From an uncultured Acidobacteriota bacterium (GTDB lineage: Bacteria; Actinomycetota; Acidimicrobiia; Spongiisociales; ZC4RG35): a stretch of 64,000 nucleotides of DNA. A program made the translations under genes and the position numbers. The notes below the pieces were generated by a model. That model was not told the origin of the DNA, searched no databases, and saw only the letters and a program-made list of their open reading frames with translations. Every line of letters begins with the position of its first letter. Position 1 is the stretch's first letter. This document shows positions 37,194-45,761 of the stretch, piece by piece. The stretch covers positions 19,039 to 83,038 of the forward strand of contig CAWHEU010000007.1 of NCBI GenBank assembly GCA_963828465.1. Direction: 5' to 3'.

Positions 37194-38143
37194 TAGTTGC
37201 CGGTGTCGTCAGCCTGGCCTGGTGTTTCTTCGCAATCTGGCTGGGGCCTCAGGTCGGCTATGTCGATCGCCCCGACGACCCGACGCTGAAGGCGCACGCC
37301 CGGCCGGCGGTGCCTCTGGGTGGGGTGGGAGTTTTCCTCGGGGTCAACGCGGCCGGGCTGATGCGAAATGACCTGCAGTGGGGCCTTCTCATCGCCACGA
37401 CCATGGTTCTCATTCTCGGCCTGATCGACGACCGCGTGGGGATCGATCCAAAGCTGCGGTTGGTCGTCGAGCTGCTGGCCGCAGTCGTGTTGGTCCTCAA
37501 CGTTGCTGCTAACCCCGGCATCGTGTTCATGGTCGTCAGCGTCGGGCTCGCGATATTCGCCATCAACAGCGTCAATCTCTTCGACGGTCTCGACGGCCTG
37601 GTTGGTTCTGTGGGAATGGTGACGGCGGCCGGATTGGCCGTGATCGCGCAGAGTCGAGGCCTCGGCTTCGTATCGCCGCTCGAGCTCGGGGCGGCATTGG
37701 CCGGCTTCCTCGTCCTCAACTGGCACCCAGCACGTGTGTTCATGGGCGACGCCGGGACCTATTTCCTCGGCCTCTATCTGACGCATCTGATCATTGATTC
37801 CACCAACGAATCCGCGATCGAGGTGGTGTTCACAGCGGGCGTCCTCGGGGTGTTCGCAATCGACATGCTCGTGACGCTCCTTCGTCGTCGGCTCAACCAT
37901 CGCCCGCTCTTCCTCGGGGACCGCAGCCACATCTACGACCAGCTGCGTGACCGCGGGGTTGGAGTGCGGGCCATAGCGCTGATCGCCGCCGCAACACAGG
38001 CTGTCCTGCTTGCGCTCGTGATCGCAGCCGAGCGGGCACTGGGAGTCGAATGGGGTCTGGTGACCCTCATCGCCCTCCTCGCGCTACTCCTTGCCGCCTT
38101 GGCCCGTCTCGGTTTCCTCAGAGTCGATCAACCTCGAACCTGA
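37181..38143 (+). CDS. WecA/MraY family polyprenyl-phosphate HexNAc-1-P transferase
   Basis: VDRP..LKAH..VPLGGVG, GLIDD, NSVNLFDGLDGL, NWHPARVFMGDAG, DRSHIYD. Confidence 0.92.
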   Translation: MAALIVAGVVSLAWCFFAIWLGPQVGYVDRPDDPTLKAHARPAVPLGGVGVFLGVNAAGLMRNDLQWGLLIATTMVLILGLIDDRVGIDPKLRLVVELLAAVVLVLNVAANPGIVFMVVSVGLAIFAINSVNLFDGLDGLVGSVGMVTAAGLAVIAQSRGLGFVSPLELGAALAGFLVLNWHPARVFMGDAGTYFLGLYLTHLIIDSTNESAIEVVFTAGVLGVFAIDMLVTLLRRRLNHRPLFLGDRSHIYDQLRDRGVGVRAIALIAAATQAVLLALVIAAERALGVEWGLVTLIALLALLLAALARLGFLRVDQPRT

Positions 38144-38161
38144 TGATGTGATGGGCTGGGA

Positions 38162-39109
38162 TCAGCTGAAGACGCGGCCGGGTGTGGTCAATGCGATCTT
38201 GAACGATTGCAGGGCACCCGCGAAGTCCCCTTTCATGAGCATGCGTCTGGCAGTGCCCAAGGCTCGAGATGCCTCATATATCCCGACCGCCCTGAGGTCG
38301 GATTTGTCGAAAGGCCCACCGAGGCTGGAGGACTGATATCCCTCCAGGAACAGACTCCGGAGCCCCAACCGTTGCCCGGGTGCGGCACGGGTGAGCAACT
38401 GGTAGGTGAACCACGCCACGTCCTCGTGCAACAGCCCCGGGGTGCCAAGGATCGGCGGGTCGACTACCGAGAGCTGCGCATCGCTCGAGACGAGGAAGTC
38501 GTTGCGCGAGAAGTTGTGACTGCGAATCACTGACCCCTCCTGGGCTGGAGCCCACCGCTCCAGGACCCATCGCATGATGCCTGGCAAGCGTTGCAGCGCC
38601 TCGTGACGCACGGCATCCGTCTCTGGGTCGATGACGGCGAGGCGGTGGATCCATCCGAAGGCTTCGCCGCACGACTTCACGACTTCGGACAGGCGGCCGG
38701 GGTCGGTCCAGAGAGCATGCCCTGTGTCGGCCATCACGTCGAACAACTCCACACCCTCGACGTTGGGCATGATCACCCCGGGAGGCTCCCTGGTCCAGCC
38801 CAACGGCTCGGGGAAGGAGATGCTGGACGACGGCCCGGGCGTCAGGTGTTGCAGGTCGGAAAGTCGACGCAGTGCGTCGTGGGTGCCCTCAGCGCTCTCC
38901 GGGTTCCATCGCCGTTCCACCTTGAACACCACGTCGAACGGCTTCTCGTTCGCCTGCGCCGGATGGGCCCGGAAACGCCAGAACCCCGAGTTGCGGGTGC
39001 GCCAGGTGTCGAGGGCCTCGATCCGGTTTATCGATCGAGATGACGTCAGGACGTCAGTGACCACGCGGATGATGGTGTCTTGATCCAGCGTGCTGATATC
39101 GATCGCCAA
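38162..39109 (-). CDS. APH-like protein with degenerate catalytic loop (kinase 4)
   Basis: VVFKV, FPEPLGW, FGWIH, SHNFSRNDFL in place of HGDxxxxN, VVDP, HEDVAWF (compare HRDVAWF in kinase 2); TTG start after GGAGG. Confidence 0.65.
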   Translation of the reverse strand: MAIDISTLDQDTIIRVVTDVLTSSRSINRIEALDTWRTRNSGFWRFRAHPAQANEKPFDVVFKVERRWNPESAEGTHDALRRLSDLQHLTPGPSSSISFPEPLGWTREPPGVIMPNVEGVELFDVMADTGHALWTDPGRLSEVVKSCGEAFGWIHRLAVIDPETDAVRHEALQRLPGIMRWVLERWAPAQEGSVIRSHNFSRNDFLVSSDAQLSVVDPPILGTPGLLHEDVAWFTYQLLTRAAPGQRLGLRSLFLEGYQSSSLGGPFDKSDLRAVGIYEASRALGTARRMLMKGDFAGALQSFKIALTTPGRVFS

Positions 39110-39154
39110 CGTCCGTCCTCCGTCGACCACCTTGGTGTCGGTTGTCGCCCAGTC

Positions 39155-40552
39155 TCAGTGGTCGCTGGGCGTCGGCAGGGGCTTCCGCGAGGGCCCGGTG
39201 CGTATGACCTTCTCGACGGCTTCGTCGATCGATTCCGGGGCCGGCTCTTCCTCTTCGGTCTTCTTCCGCCGCCCGCCCTTGGTCTCATCCCAAGCCAGAC
39301 CGGCGATGAGGGCGAAGAACATCGGCAGCACCTGGACACGCTGGCGGGCCAGCAAGCCGAGGTTGAGGATCGCACTGAAGCCGACGATGAATCCGCCCGT
39401 ATAGAAGAAAGCCATCATGAGATACGGCTTCTCCCGCATTCGTCCCTTGTTCCTCCACATCGCAGGGAGGTTCCAGATCGTTATGCCGAGCAGGACGGTG
39501 CCCTCCAGGGCACTGAGCAATGCTTGGGCATTGCCTGCTTCGTAGATCAGCGGGCGGAAAAGGACCTTGATGATTGCGCCCGGTAGCTGGGCCGGACTGC
39601 CCACCGCGCCGCCTTCGACCTCGGAGCCACCGGTAGCCGTGCGCTCCGAGACGTCGGAGAGGAACTGGTCCGGGCTGGTGGTCCCCTCGCCCCCATCGAC
39701 TGTCACTCCGAAGGTGCTTGAGAAGGTGAGAACCGAGAGGGCGGCTCCTCCGGCGCAGAGGAGGATCATGATCCCGCGCTTGGCAGATCCCTGGTACTTC
39801 TTCGGTGCCTTGCCGAACACCGCGGCCAGGACGATGGCGAGGCCCATCACCGCCGCCACGTGCGACCTGATGCTGGCAGCCATATAGAGACCAGGTGCGA
39901 TGAGAAGGATTGCGCTGAACTGATAGAACTTGAGAAGCCGGGATGCTCCGTAGGCAGCCAGCCCCAGGAAGAAGACCATGAGGGCGTCCTTGCCGATGCT
40001 CGATGGCCAGAAGAGGAGGCTGGGAGCGAAGAAGACGGCGAGCCCGTACATCTTGAGCTGATAACCGGCCAACCAGTGGCGCCCGGCCAGGAAGAAGAGC
40101 AACAGGCCGGTGAAAGCGATCAAGGCGAAGATGATGAAGCCCCCGAGCATGCTCGGGGTGTAGGGCGCGTAGATCAGCCCCGTGGCGATTTCGGTGAACG
40201 CGGTGCCGGGCTGACTGGACTGCGATACGGGGACCTGCATCCCCCGCCAAACCTGGGCGAAGATCCCGCCCCACATGTGATAGCTATATGAGTCACCGGT
40301 CTCATAGAGGACGGTGACCATCCAGAATCGCCCGAATGCACCCAGGAGCTTGGCCGCGCAAGCCCACATGATCATCGTCGGCAGCCAGTCGCGGTCTTGC
40401 CTCGTGGCGACCGCCTTGCCCACGAATGACATGACGATTAGGGCGGCCGCCGAGATGAGCAGCGCCTCGAAGATGGCGACTCCATCGGTGACGACTTCGT
40501 CCTCGATCTGGGCGAGGAAGGGGGCGTGAAGTGCTAGCAGGGTTGTCATCAC
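39155..40552 (-). CDS. Wzy-like polysaccharide polymerase / GT-C membrane protein
   Basis: About eleven TM helices, GDSYSY, PSLLFWPSSIGKDA, IRSH, LFRP, NLGLLARQR. Confidence 0.7.
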   Translation of the reverse strand: MMTTLLALHAPFLAQIEDEVVTDGVAIFEALLISAAALIVMSFVGKAVATRQDRDWLPTMIMWACAAKLLGAFGRFWMVTVLYETGDSYSYHMWGGIFAQVWRGMQVPVSQSSQPGTAFTEIATGLIYAPYTPSMLGGFIIFALIAFTGLLLFFLAGRHWLAGYQLKMYGLAVFFAPSLLFWPSSIGKDALMVFFLGLAAYGASRLLKFYQFSAILLIAPGLYMAASIRSHVAAVMGLAIVLAAVFGKAPKKYQGSAKRGIMILLCAGGAALSVLTFSSTFGVTVDGGEGTTSPDQFLSDVSERTATGGSEVEGGAVGSPAQLPGAIIKVLFRPLIYEAGNAQALLSALEGTVLLGITIWNLPAMWRNKGRMREKPYLMMAFFYTGGFIVGFSAILNLGLLARQRVQVLPMFFALIAGLAWDETKGGRRKKTEEEEPAPESIDEAVEKVIRTGPSRKPLPTPSDH

Positions 40553-41499
40553 AAGAGCTCCAGGTCACTGATGGCGAGATCCCACGAGGCCATCGAGGTG
40601 ACGTCGATGCCCAGGTCCCGAAGCGGGCGCGCCATGAGAGTCAGGGCGGTGACCCCAGGCACGGGGACGAGACCGCTTCGAATGGCGGCCGCTCGCTCAG
40701 GTGATCCTGGAGAGAACCAGGCGGCGATGTAACCCGATCGGGATTTGCGGCCCACTTCTCGCAACGCAGCCCTCGGGCGTGGCCCATAGACGTCGGCCAC
40801 GATCAGTTCGCGTCGTCCCTTGCGGACGTTGGGCCTGACAACTGCGGTTGAGTCTGCCGAGTCGACACGGAAGTATCGGGCCGTGGGATGTGACCCGAAC
40901 CGCCAGCGCAGGTAAGCCTCATTCCTCGGGGTCCGCAGACCTCGAGGGACCCGATCGGTCACGTCGAGGGGGATGGCAGGTTGGGGATCGGCCAGGAAAT
41001 TCTCGGGTTCCGTGTCGGTGATGGGACCGCGATCTGTGGCCACGCGCGTAGATGGGCGTGCCAGTACGCCAATATTCCCGACTTCTGTCCACCCCATGGA
41101 GAGATACCCCGCACCCGATTTCTCGTTAGGGGTATTGAACACCAGATCCATGTTTTGCGCTAGCGCTAATTCCAGGGTTTCTTCGGTGAGTCTCCGAAAG
41201 ATGCCACGACGCTGATAATCGGGATGGGTGGCGGTGTCGACGGCGCGCACGCAACGCAGCGTGACACCATCGCGTGTGACGAGGTCCCAGCGCATGAACG
41301 CCCGCAGGCCGACGATGCGATCGTCCGACTCGGCGACGACAGCCAAGGACCGGCCGAACGGGTTGTCGAAGTGCTTCCAGGCGAAGAGCTCGCGGGTGCG
41401 GCGGAGGAGCGGTGGCTCACCTAGAGCGGCTCGCATCAGATCCAGCACCGGGAGGACGTCGCTTTCGTCGAGGGGCCTGGTGGTGATGGTTTCAGCCAC
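40549..41499 (-). CDS. GNAT family acetyltransferase
   Basis: WKHFDNPFG, RAVDTATHPDYQRRGIF, FNTPNEKS. Confidence 0.88.
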   Translation of the reverse strand: MAETITTRPLDESDVLPVLDLMRAALGEPPLLRRTRELFAWKHFDNPFGRSLAVVAESDDRIVGLRAFMRWDLVTRDGVTLRCVRAVDTATHPDYQRRGIFRRLTEETLELALAQNMDLVFNTPNEKSGAGYLSMGWTEVGNIGVLARPSTRVATDRGPITDTEPENFLADPQPAIPLDVTDRVPRGLRTPRNEAYLRWRFGSHPTARYFRVDSADSTAVVRPNVRKGRRELIVADVYGPRPRAALREVGRKSRSGYIAAWFSPGSPERAAAIRSGLVPVPGVTALTLMARPLRDLGIDVTSMASWDLAISDLELL

Positions 41500-42595
41500 G
41501 GACAACCTGTCGGTAGATGTCTTCGATGGCTTGGATCATCGGTTCCAACCCGTATTCCTTCTCCACCATGTCCTGGGCCGCCTGCCCGAGGCGCTCGGCG
41601 AGGAAGGGATCGTTGAGCAACTTCTCGATCCCGGCAGCGAGCGCCTCCGGCTCGTTGGGCTCGACGAGGATCCCGGTCTCGCCATCCTTGACGATTCCAG
41701 GCACGCCGCCGGCGGCCGCCGCTACCACAGGTCGGCCGAGGGCCATCGCCTCGAGGATGGCTACCGGCAACCCTTCGACGCTCGACGGATTGACGAAGAT
41801 ATCGGCCGCCGCCACAAAGCTCAGAGCATCGGTGCGGCGACCCATGAATCGGAGATGGTCCTCCAGCCCGGCCTCGATGACGCGGTTGCGAACTCGGTCG
41901 AGGTCGCCCGGGTACTTCTCGCCGCCGATCGAGACGAATTTGACGTTCGACATGCGCTGATGGAGATGGGCGACGGCGTCGATCAGGACATCGTGTCCCT
42001 TGCCGGGCCGGATGTTGCCTACATGGGCCACAAGCGGATCGGAGGGCGACAGCCTCAACTCCTGGCGAGCGGCCACGACCTCCTCCGGCTCAACGTGGAC
42101 GGCCACGCCGTTGGGGATGACGAGCGGCGGCTCGCCGGGCCATGTGCTCACTGAGCTGGCGACGGCCCCGGAGACAGCGGTAGCCGCGGCATTCCGACCA
42201 TATGTGACGCGGTTGAGGAAGCGGGTGATCGGCCGATAGGAGTCGGCCATGTTGTGCTCCGTGTAGACCACTGGAACGGGGGAGGCGATGCGCGCCACTA
42301 TCCCCATCGTCGGAAGATGGGCATGGATCAGATCGACGTCGAGATCCTTCACCAGGCTGCGAAGTCGACCGAGGGTGGGCGGGGTGAGCCCGCGCTCGCC
42401 TCCGATCATGTGCACTTCGACGCCCTGATCCTCCAGTGCGCCAACAAGCTGGTCCTTCCACGGGAGCACGTAGGCGACCGTGTACCTGAACGAATCCCGA
42501 TCCCAGAACCGGGCTCCCTCCGAGATCAGTTTCTCCGCACCTCCGATTCCCAGACCCTTGATCAGGACGAGGACCCGGATTTTCTCCGAGCCCAC
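41492..42595 (-). CDS. GT4 glycosyltransferase
   Basis: GIGGAEK, YTEHN, IPNGV, GKGH, EGLPVAILEAMALG. Confidence 0.92.
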   Translation of the reverse strand: MGSEKIRVLVLIKGLGIGGAEKLISEGARFWDRDSFRYTVAYVLPWKDQLVGALEDQGVEVHMIGGERGLTPPTLGRLRSLVKDLDVDLIHAHLPTMGIVARIASPVPVVYTEHNMADSYRPITRFLNRVTYGRNAAATAVSGAVASSVSTWPGEPPLVIPNGVAVHVEPEEVVAARQELRLSPSDPLVAHVGNIRPGKGHDVLIDAVAHLHQRMSNVKFVSIGGEKYPGDLDRVRNRVIEAGLEDHLRFMGRRTDALSFVAAADIFVNPSSVEGLPVAILEAMALGRPVVAAAAGGVPGIVKDGETGILVEPNEPEALAAGIEKLLNDPFLAERLGQAAQDMVEKEYGLEPMIQAIEDIYRQVVRG

Positions 42596-42596
42596 C

Positions 42597-43475
42597 TCAG
42601 CCCCGATCGGCGGAGAGCAACTCCGCCATGCCCTCCTCGAAGCTCACTTCGGTCTTCCAACCAAGCTTCTCCTCGATGCGGGCCGCCGAAACGTAGGACG
42701 GTGGCACGTCGCCGGGTCTCGGTTGCCCGTAGGTCACTTCGGTGGGGAAGCGCTCGGTAACCACATCGGCCAACTGCTTGATCGAGATCATCTCGGGCGA
42801 CACCACGTTGAGGGCGATTCCTCTGATGTCGCTCTTGGCGGCGGCGGCGAAGGCGCGGCCGATATCGCGGGCGTGGGTGAACTGGCGGCCCTGCGACCCA
42901 TCACCCTGGATGGTGATCGGCTCGCCTTTCCGGGCCTTCTCGATGAAGATCTCGAAGACTGAGTTCGGTCGCATCCCGAGGCCATAGGCGGTGCCCAACC
43001 GAAGAGAGACGACGGGGACGTCCCGGAGCCGGTCGGCGGCAACAAGCATGCGCTCGCCTGCGAGCTTGGTGATGTTGTACGGGTGGTCTGGCTCGCAGGG
43101 GTGTTTCTCGTCGACCGGCTCGTAGACCGGCTCGCCGTACACCTCCCACGTCGACGCATACACCACGCGCGCACCTGCCGCCTCGGCGGCGAGGGCGATA
43201 TTGGTGCTTCCGGTGACGTTGACCGACGCGGCCAGCTCCGGATTGGTGGCGGCGAGGTACACGTCCCCGATCGCCCCTATGTGAACAATGACGTCATGAG
43301 TCCGGACGGCGCCGTTCAGCGTCTCGAGATCCAGAAAGTCGCCGACGACCGATTCGACGCCGGGCTGTGCGGATTCCTTTTGGTCGAACCCGGTGACCTC
43401 GAATCCGTCGTCCAACAATGCTCGGGAGACATGCGTGCCTATGAAACCCGCAGACCCCGTCACCAATGCCTTCAT
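42597..43475 (-). CDS. NAD-dependent epimerase/dehydratase (extended SDR)
   Basis: TGSAGFIG, ASTWEVYG, YNITK, GDGSQGRQFTH, PRPGD. Confidence 0.9.
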   Translation of the reverse strand: MKALVTGSAGFIGTHVSRALLDDGFEVTGFDQKESAQPGVESVVGDFLDLETLNGAVRTHDVIVHIGAIGDVYLAATNPELAASVNVTGSTNIALAAEAAGARVVYASTWEVYGEPVYEPVDEKHPCEPDHPYNITKLAGERMLVAADRLRDVPVVSLRLGTAYGLGMRPNSVFEIFIEKARKGEPITIQGDGSQGRQFTHARDIGRAFAAAAKSDIRGIALNVVSPEMISIKQLADVVTERFPTEVTYGQPRPGDVPPSYVSAARIEEKLGWKTEVSFEEGMAELLSADRG

Positions 43476-43618
43476 GGTGAGTCCTCCCTCTGATTACCCC
43501 ACTGAGGTCGAGAAGAATAACACGGAGCGTGATACTGGCTCAAGAGGCACGGCCTGCCATGTCCTCCCAGACCACGGAATGATCGTGCAAAATCCAGAAT
43601 TGGAAAAAAATCGAATTA

Positions 43619-43637
43619 CGTGCTGGTAACCAGCACG
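43619..43637. promoter_or_regulatory. Perfect palindrome in a divergent promoter region (candidate operator)
   Basis: CGTGCTGGT-A-ACCAGCACG (9-1-9) next to an A-rich tract between two divergent glycan operons. Confidence 0.5.
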
Positions 43638-43817
43638 CTGAGTGGTTAAGGTATCGAACGGGTCGGGCGTTTACATCGCTTCGGCAGGGGTTGGGGGACA
43701 AATCGGTTCAGTCGGTTTCGATCCCTGACTGGATTTCTGGGAGGCATTACGGATGATGCCAAGGTGGCGCTGGCCGCCGCGCACATCCGACTGGGACAAA
43801 AGAGGGCGGATGCCGTG

Positions 43818-45761
43818 ATGAAGCGGTTCACCGGGAAGTTCGGGGTTAGTTCGTTCGGGGCACGAGTGGCGACACTGCTCGCCCAACTTCGTGCCGATAT
43901 CTCGTTCGCATTCGTGGACGCGATGGTCATCGCCGTCGCCTATCTATCGGCGCTCGGTGTCATGTCACTCGACGGGGGGCTCCAGGGCGTCTGGTGGGCG
44001 AGAGTGCTCGTCGCCCTGCCGGTCATCATCGGGATCCATCTCGTCGCCAACGTCGCGATGGGTGCCTATGGCCATGTATGGGAGTTCGCAAGCATCAGCG
44101 AGGCCCGGCGGGTCATCGCCGCCACCTTCTGGGCATCGTCGGCCTTGATTCTCATCGTCCTCGCCCTCGGCGACTACGAGTTGATCGAAGGGCCAGGTAA
44201 CCGGGCATTGCCGCTCACGGTTCTGATCCTCGGGTCGATGATCTCGCTCGGCTTCCTCGGAGCGGTCCGCTTCCGCTCCCGTCTCTTCTCTTTCCACCGC
44301 GGTTTGAGGCTCGACGCCCGGGACCGGGTGCTAATTCTTGGCACCAGCAAGCGCGCCGCCGATCTAGCTCGCTACACCGGCCCATACGAGGTCGACGTCG
44401 TCGGCTTTGTCAGCTCCGGGCCAACTACGAAGGCGAAGCGTCTGGCCAATCTGCCGATCGTGGGCGAGCTCGAGGACATCGCATCGCTGGTTACCGCATT
44501 GAACGTCCAGCAGGTAATCGTTGCCTCCGAGGGTGCGAGCGTCCTGGCCCGTCGGCTGGTCGACCTCTGTGTCGACATCGACGTAAGGCTGAGGATCGTC
44601 CCCGACCTCGACGAGTTGCTCACCGGATACGACGGAGGTCCCGACATCAGGGACTTGGAGATCGAGGACCTCTTGCTCCGCCCGTCGGTCACTACTGACC
44701 TCGAGGCAGTGGAGTCGATTCTCTACGGCAAGACGGTGCTGATCACCGGCGCCGGCGGATCAATCGGGTCCGAGATCGTGAACCAGGTGCTCCGTTTCAT
44801 GCCCGCCAGGGTCATCGCCATGGACCACGACGAGACCCATCTTCACGACAATATGGTGAAATGGGATGCGCCCGCCGGAACCGAGTTGGTCCCGGCGCTC
44901 TGCGACGTCCGGGACAAGAAGCAGCTCAAGGCCCTCGTCGCCAAGTACCAGCCGCAGGTCGTCTATCACGCAGCGGCCCACAAGCACGTGCCCATCCTCG
45001 AGGAATGGCCCGAGGAAGCAGTCAAGACCAACGTGGTCGGCACCAACAACCTCCTCAAGGTGGTCCGCGGCACGGAGATCGAGCGATTCGTCCTGATCTC
45101 CACCGACAAGACCGTCGACCCCAAGGGTGTCATGGGAGCGTCGAAGAGGATGGCGGAGATGCTGGTGCAGTCGGCCGCCAACACCGAGTCTCAGGGGTGC
45201 ATCTACTCGTCGGTCCGGTTCGGCAATGTTCTCGGCAGTCGCGGGAGCGTGGTTCCTACCTTCATGCAGCAGATCCGCGCCGGCGGCCCGGTGACGATCA
45301 CCGACGAGCGCATGACCCGCTACTTCATGACCATCGCCGAAGCGGTCCAGCTCGTGCTCCAGGCATCGGCCCTCGCCGAACGCGGAGAGGTCTTCGTCCT
45401 CGACATGGGGCAGCCGGTCCGCATCATTGACCTGGCCCACCGCATGATTCGGCTGGGCGGTCTGGTGCCCGGCCGGGACATCGAAGTCAAGACGGTTGGT
45501 GCCCGCCCCGGCGAGAAGCTGGTCGAGGAGCTCGCCCACGGCCCGCTTCTGAGCAGTTCGCACCCCCAGATCAACATTGCCGAGACGAAGGTTCCCGGCC
45601 CGGACGTCCTGAAGCTGAGCGTCCGGCAGCTGAAGCAAATGTCCACCACAGGTGGAAGACGGGAGCTCAAAGAGCTCCTGCTGGCCCTCGCCAATCGCGA
45701 ATGGCCTGACGATGTGACCATCGATTTGAGAGAAACCAGCGAGGTGAAGCTGTGGACATGA
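43818..45761 (+). CDS. CapD/PglF/WbpM-type membrane-bound NDP-sugar 4,6-dehydratase
   Basis: Four N-terminal TMs; IEDLL, TGAGGSIGSE, HAAAHKHVP, ISTDK, MGASK, VRFGNVLGSRGSV, RPGEKL. Confidence 0.93.
   Translation: MKRFTGKFGVSSFGARVATLLAQLRADISFAFVDAMVIAVAYLSALGVMSLDGGLQGVWWARVLVALPVIIGIHLVANVAMGAYGHVWEFASISEARRVIAATFWASSALILIVLALGDYELIEGPGNRALPLTVLILGSMISLGFLGAVRFRSRLFSFHRGLRLDARDRVLILGTSKRAADLARYTGPYEVDVVGFVSSGPTTKAKRLANLPIVGELEDIASLVTALNVQQVIVASEGASVLARRLVDLCVDIDVRLRIVPDLDELLTGYDGGPDIRDLEIEDLLLRPSVTTDLEAVESILYGKTVLITGAGGSIGSEIVNQVLRFMPARVIAMDHDETHLHDNMVKWDAPAGTELVPALCDVRDKKQLKALVAKYQPQVVYHAAAHKHVPILEEWPEEAVKTNVVGTNNLLKVVRGTEIERFVLISTDKTVDPKGVMGASKRMAEMLVQSAANTESQGCIYSSVRFGNVLGSRGSVVPTFMQQIRAGGPVTITDERMTRYFMTIAEAVQLVLQASALAERGEVFVLDMGQPVRIIDLAHRMIRLGGLVPGRDIEVKTVGARPGEKLVEELAHGPLLSSSHPQINIAETKVPGPDVLKLSVRQLKQMSTTGGRRELKELLLALANREWPDDVTIDLRETSEVKLWT

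Noticed and set aside
20119-39109. APH-like genes as aminoglycoside resistance determinants
   Set aside because: They are highly divergent, embedded in glycan operons, and have no mobile-element context
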